NCBI GenBank assembly: GCA_965235115.1
Contig: OZ249445.1
Span: 6,882,001-6,946,000, forward strand
DNA: 64,000 nt
Source: Laetmonice hystrix
Taxonomy: Eukaryota
Direction of reading: 5' to 3'
The position numbers were made by a program, and so were the translations under genes. Of the stretch, positions 63,951 through 64,000 are shown one piece after another (position 1 is the first letter of the stretch; the number at the start of each line of letters is the position of its first letter). The notes beneath the pieces were generated by a model. It had not been told where the DNA came from, made no database searches, and was given only the letters and a program-made list of their open reading frames with translations.

Positions 63951-64000
63951 CTTACATAGAGTGGAAGGAGACAACATTCAGGGCCAAAATATGTAAATCT

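Overview
Eukaryotic (animal, probably invertebrate) genomic DNA. One intact spliced gene lies on the + strand (coding exons 56047-57783, 60360-60559, 61469-62804; about 1090 aa). It encodes a DC-STAMP-domain protein of the DCST1/DCST2-sneaky-SPE-42 type with a C-terminal C4C4 RING-like finger and an unexpected N-terminal SH3 domain plus a proline-rich region. Almost all remaining sequence is heavily decayed transposon coding debris (DIRS/Ngaro, gypsy LTR, CR1/Rex-, I/Nimb- and CRE-like LINEs, hAT, ISL2EU/Harbinger-type, possible piggyBac and KDZ), identified by eye from residual motifs in broken frames. Every one of the roughly 25 fragments I could orient lies on the minus strand, including the DNA transposons and the fragments in the gene's first intron and downstream of it. 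This is the architecture expected of a uni-strand (flamenco-like) piRNA cluster transcribed on the + strand, and it is the main candidate system. Also present: seven minisatellite arrays, ten long G/C homopolymers, and a perfect 40-bp palindrome with AGTAGT...ACTACT ends and a 6-bp flanking direct repeat that resembles a Polinton/Maverick reduced to its tips. No rRNA, tRNA or CRISPR array was seen. Relic boundaries are approximate and family calls need HMM confirmation.
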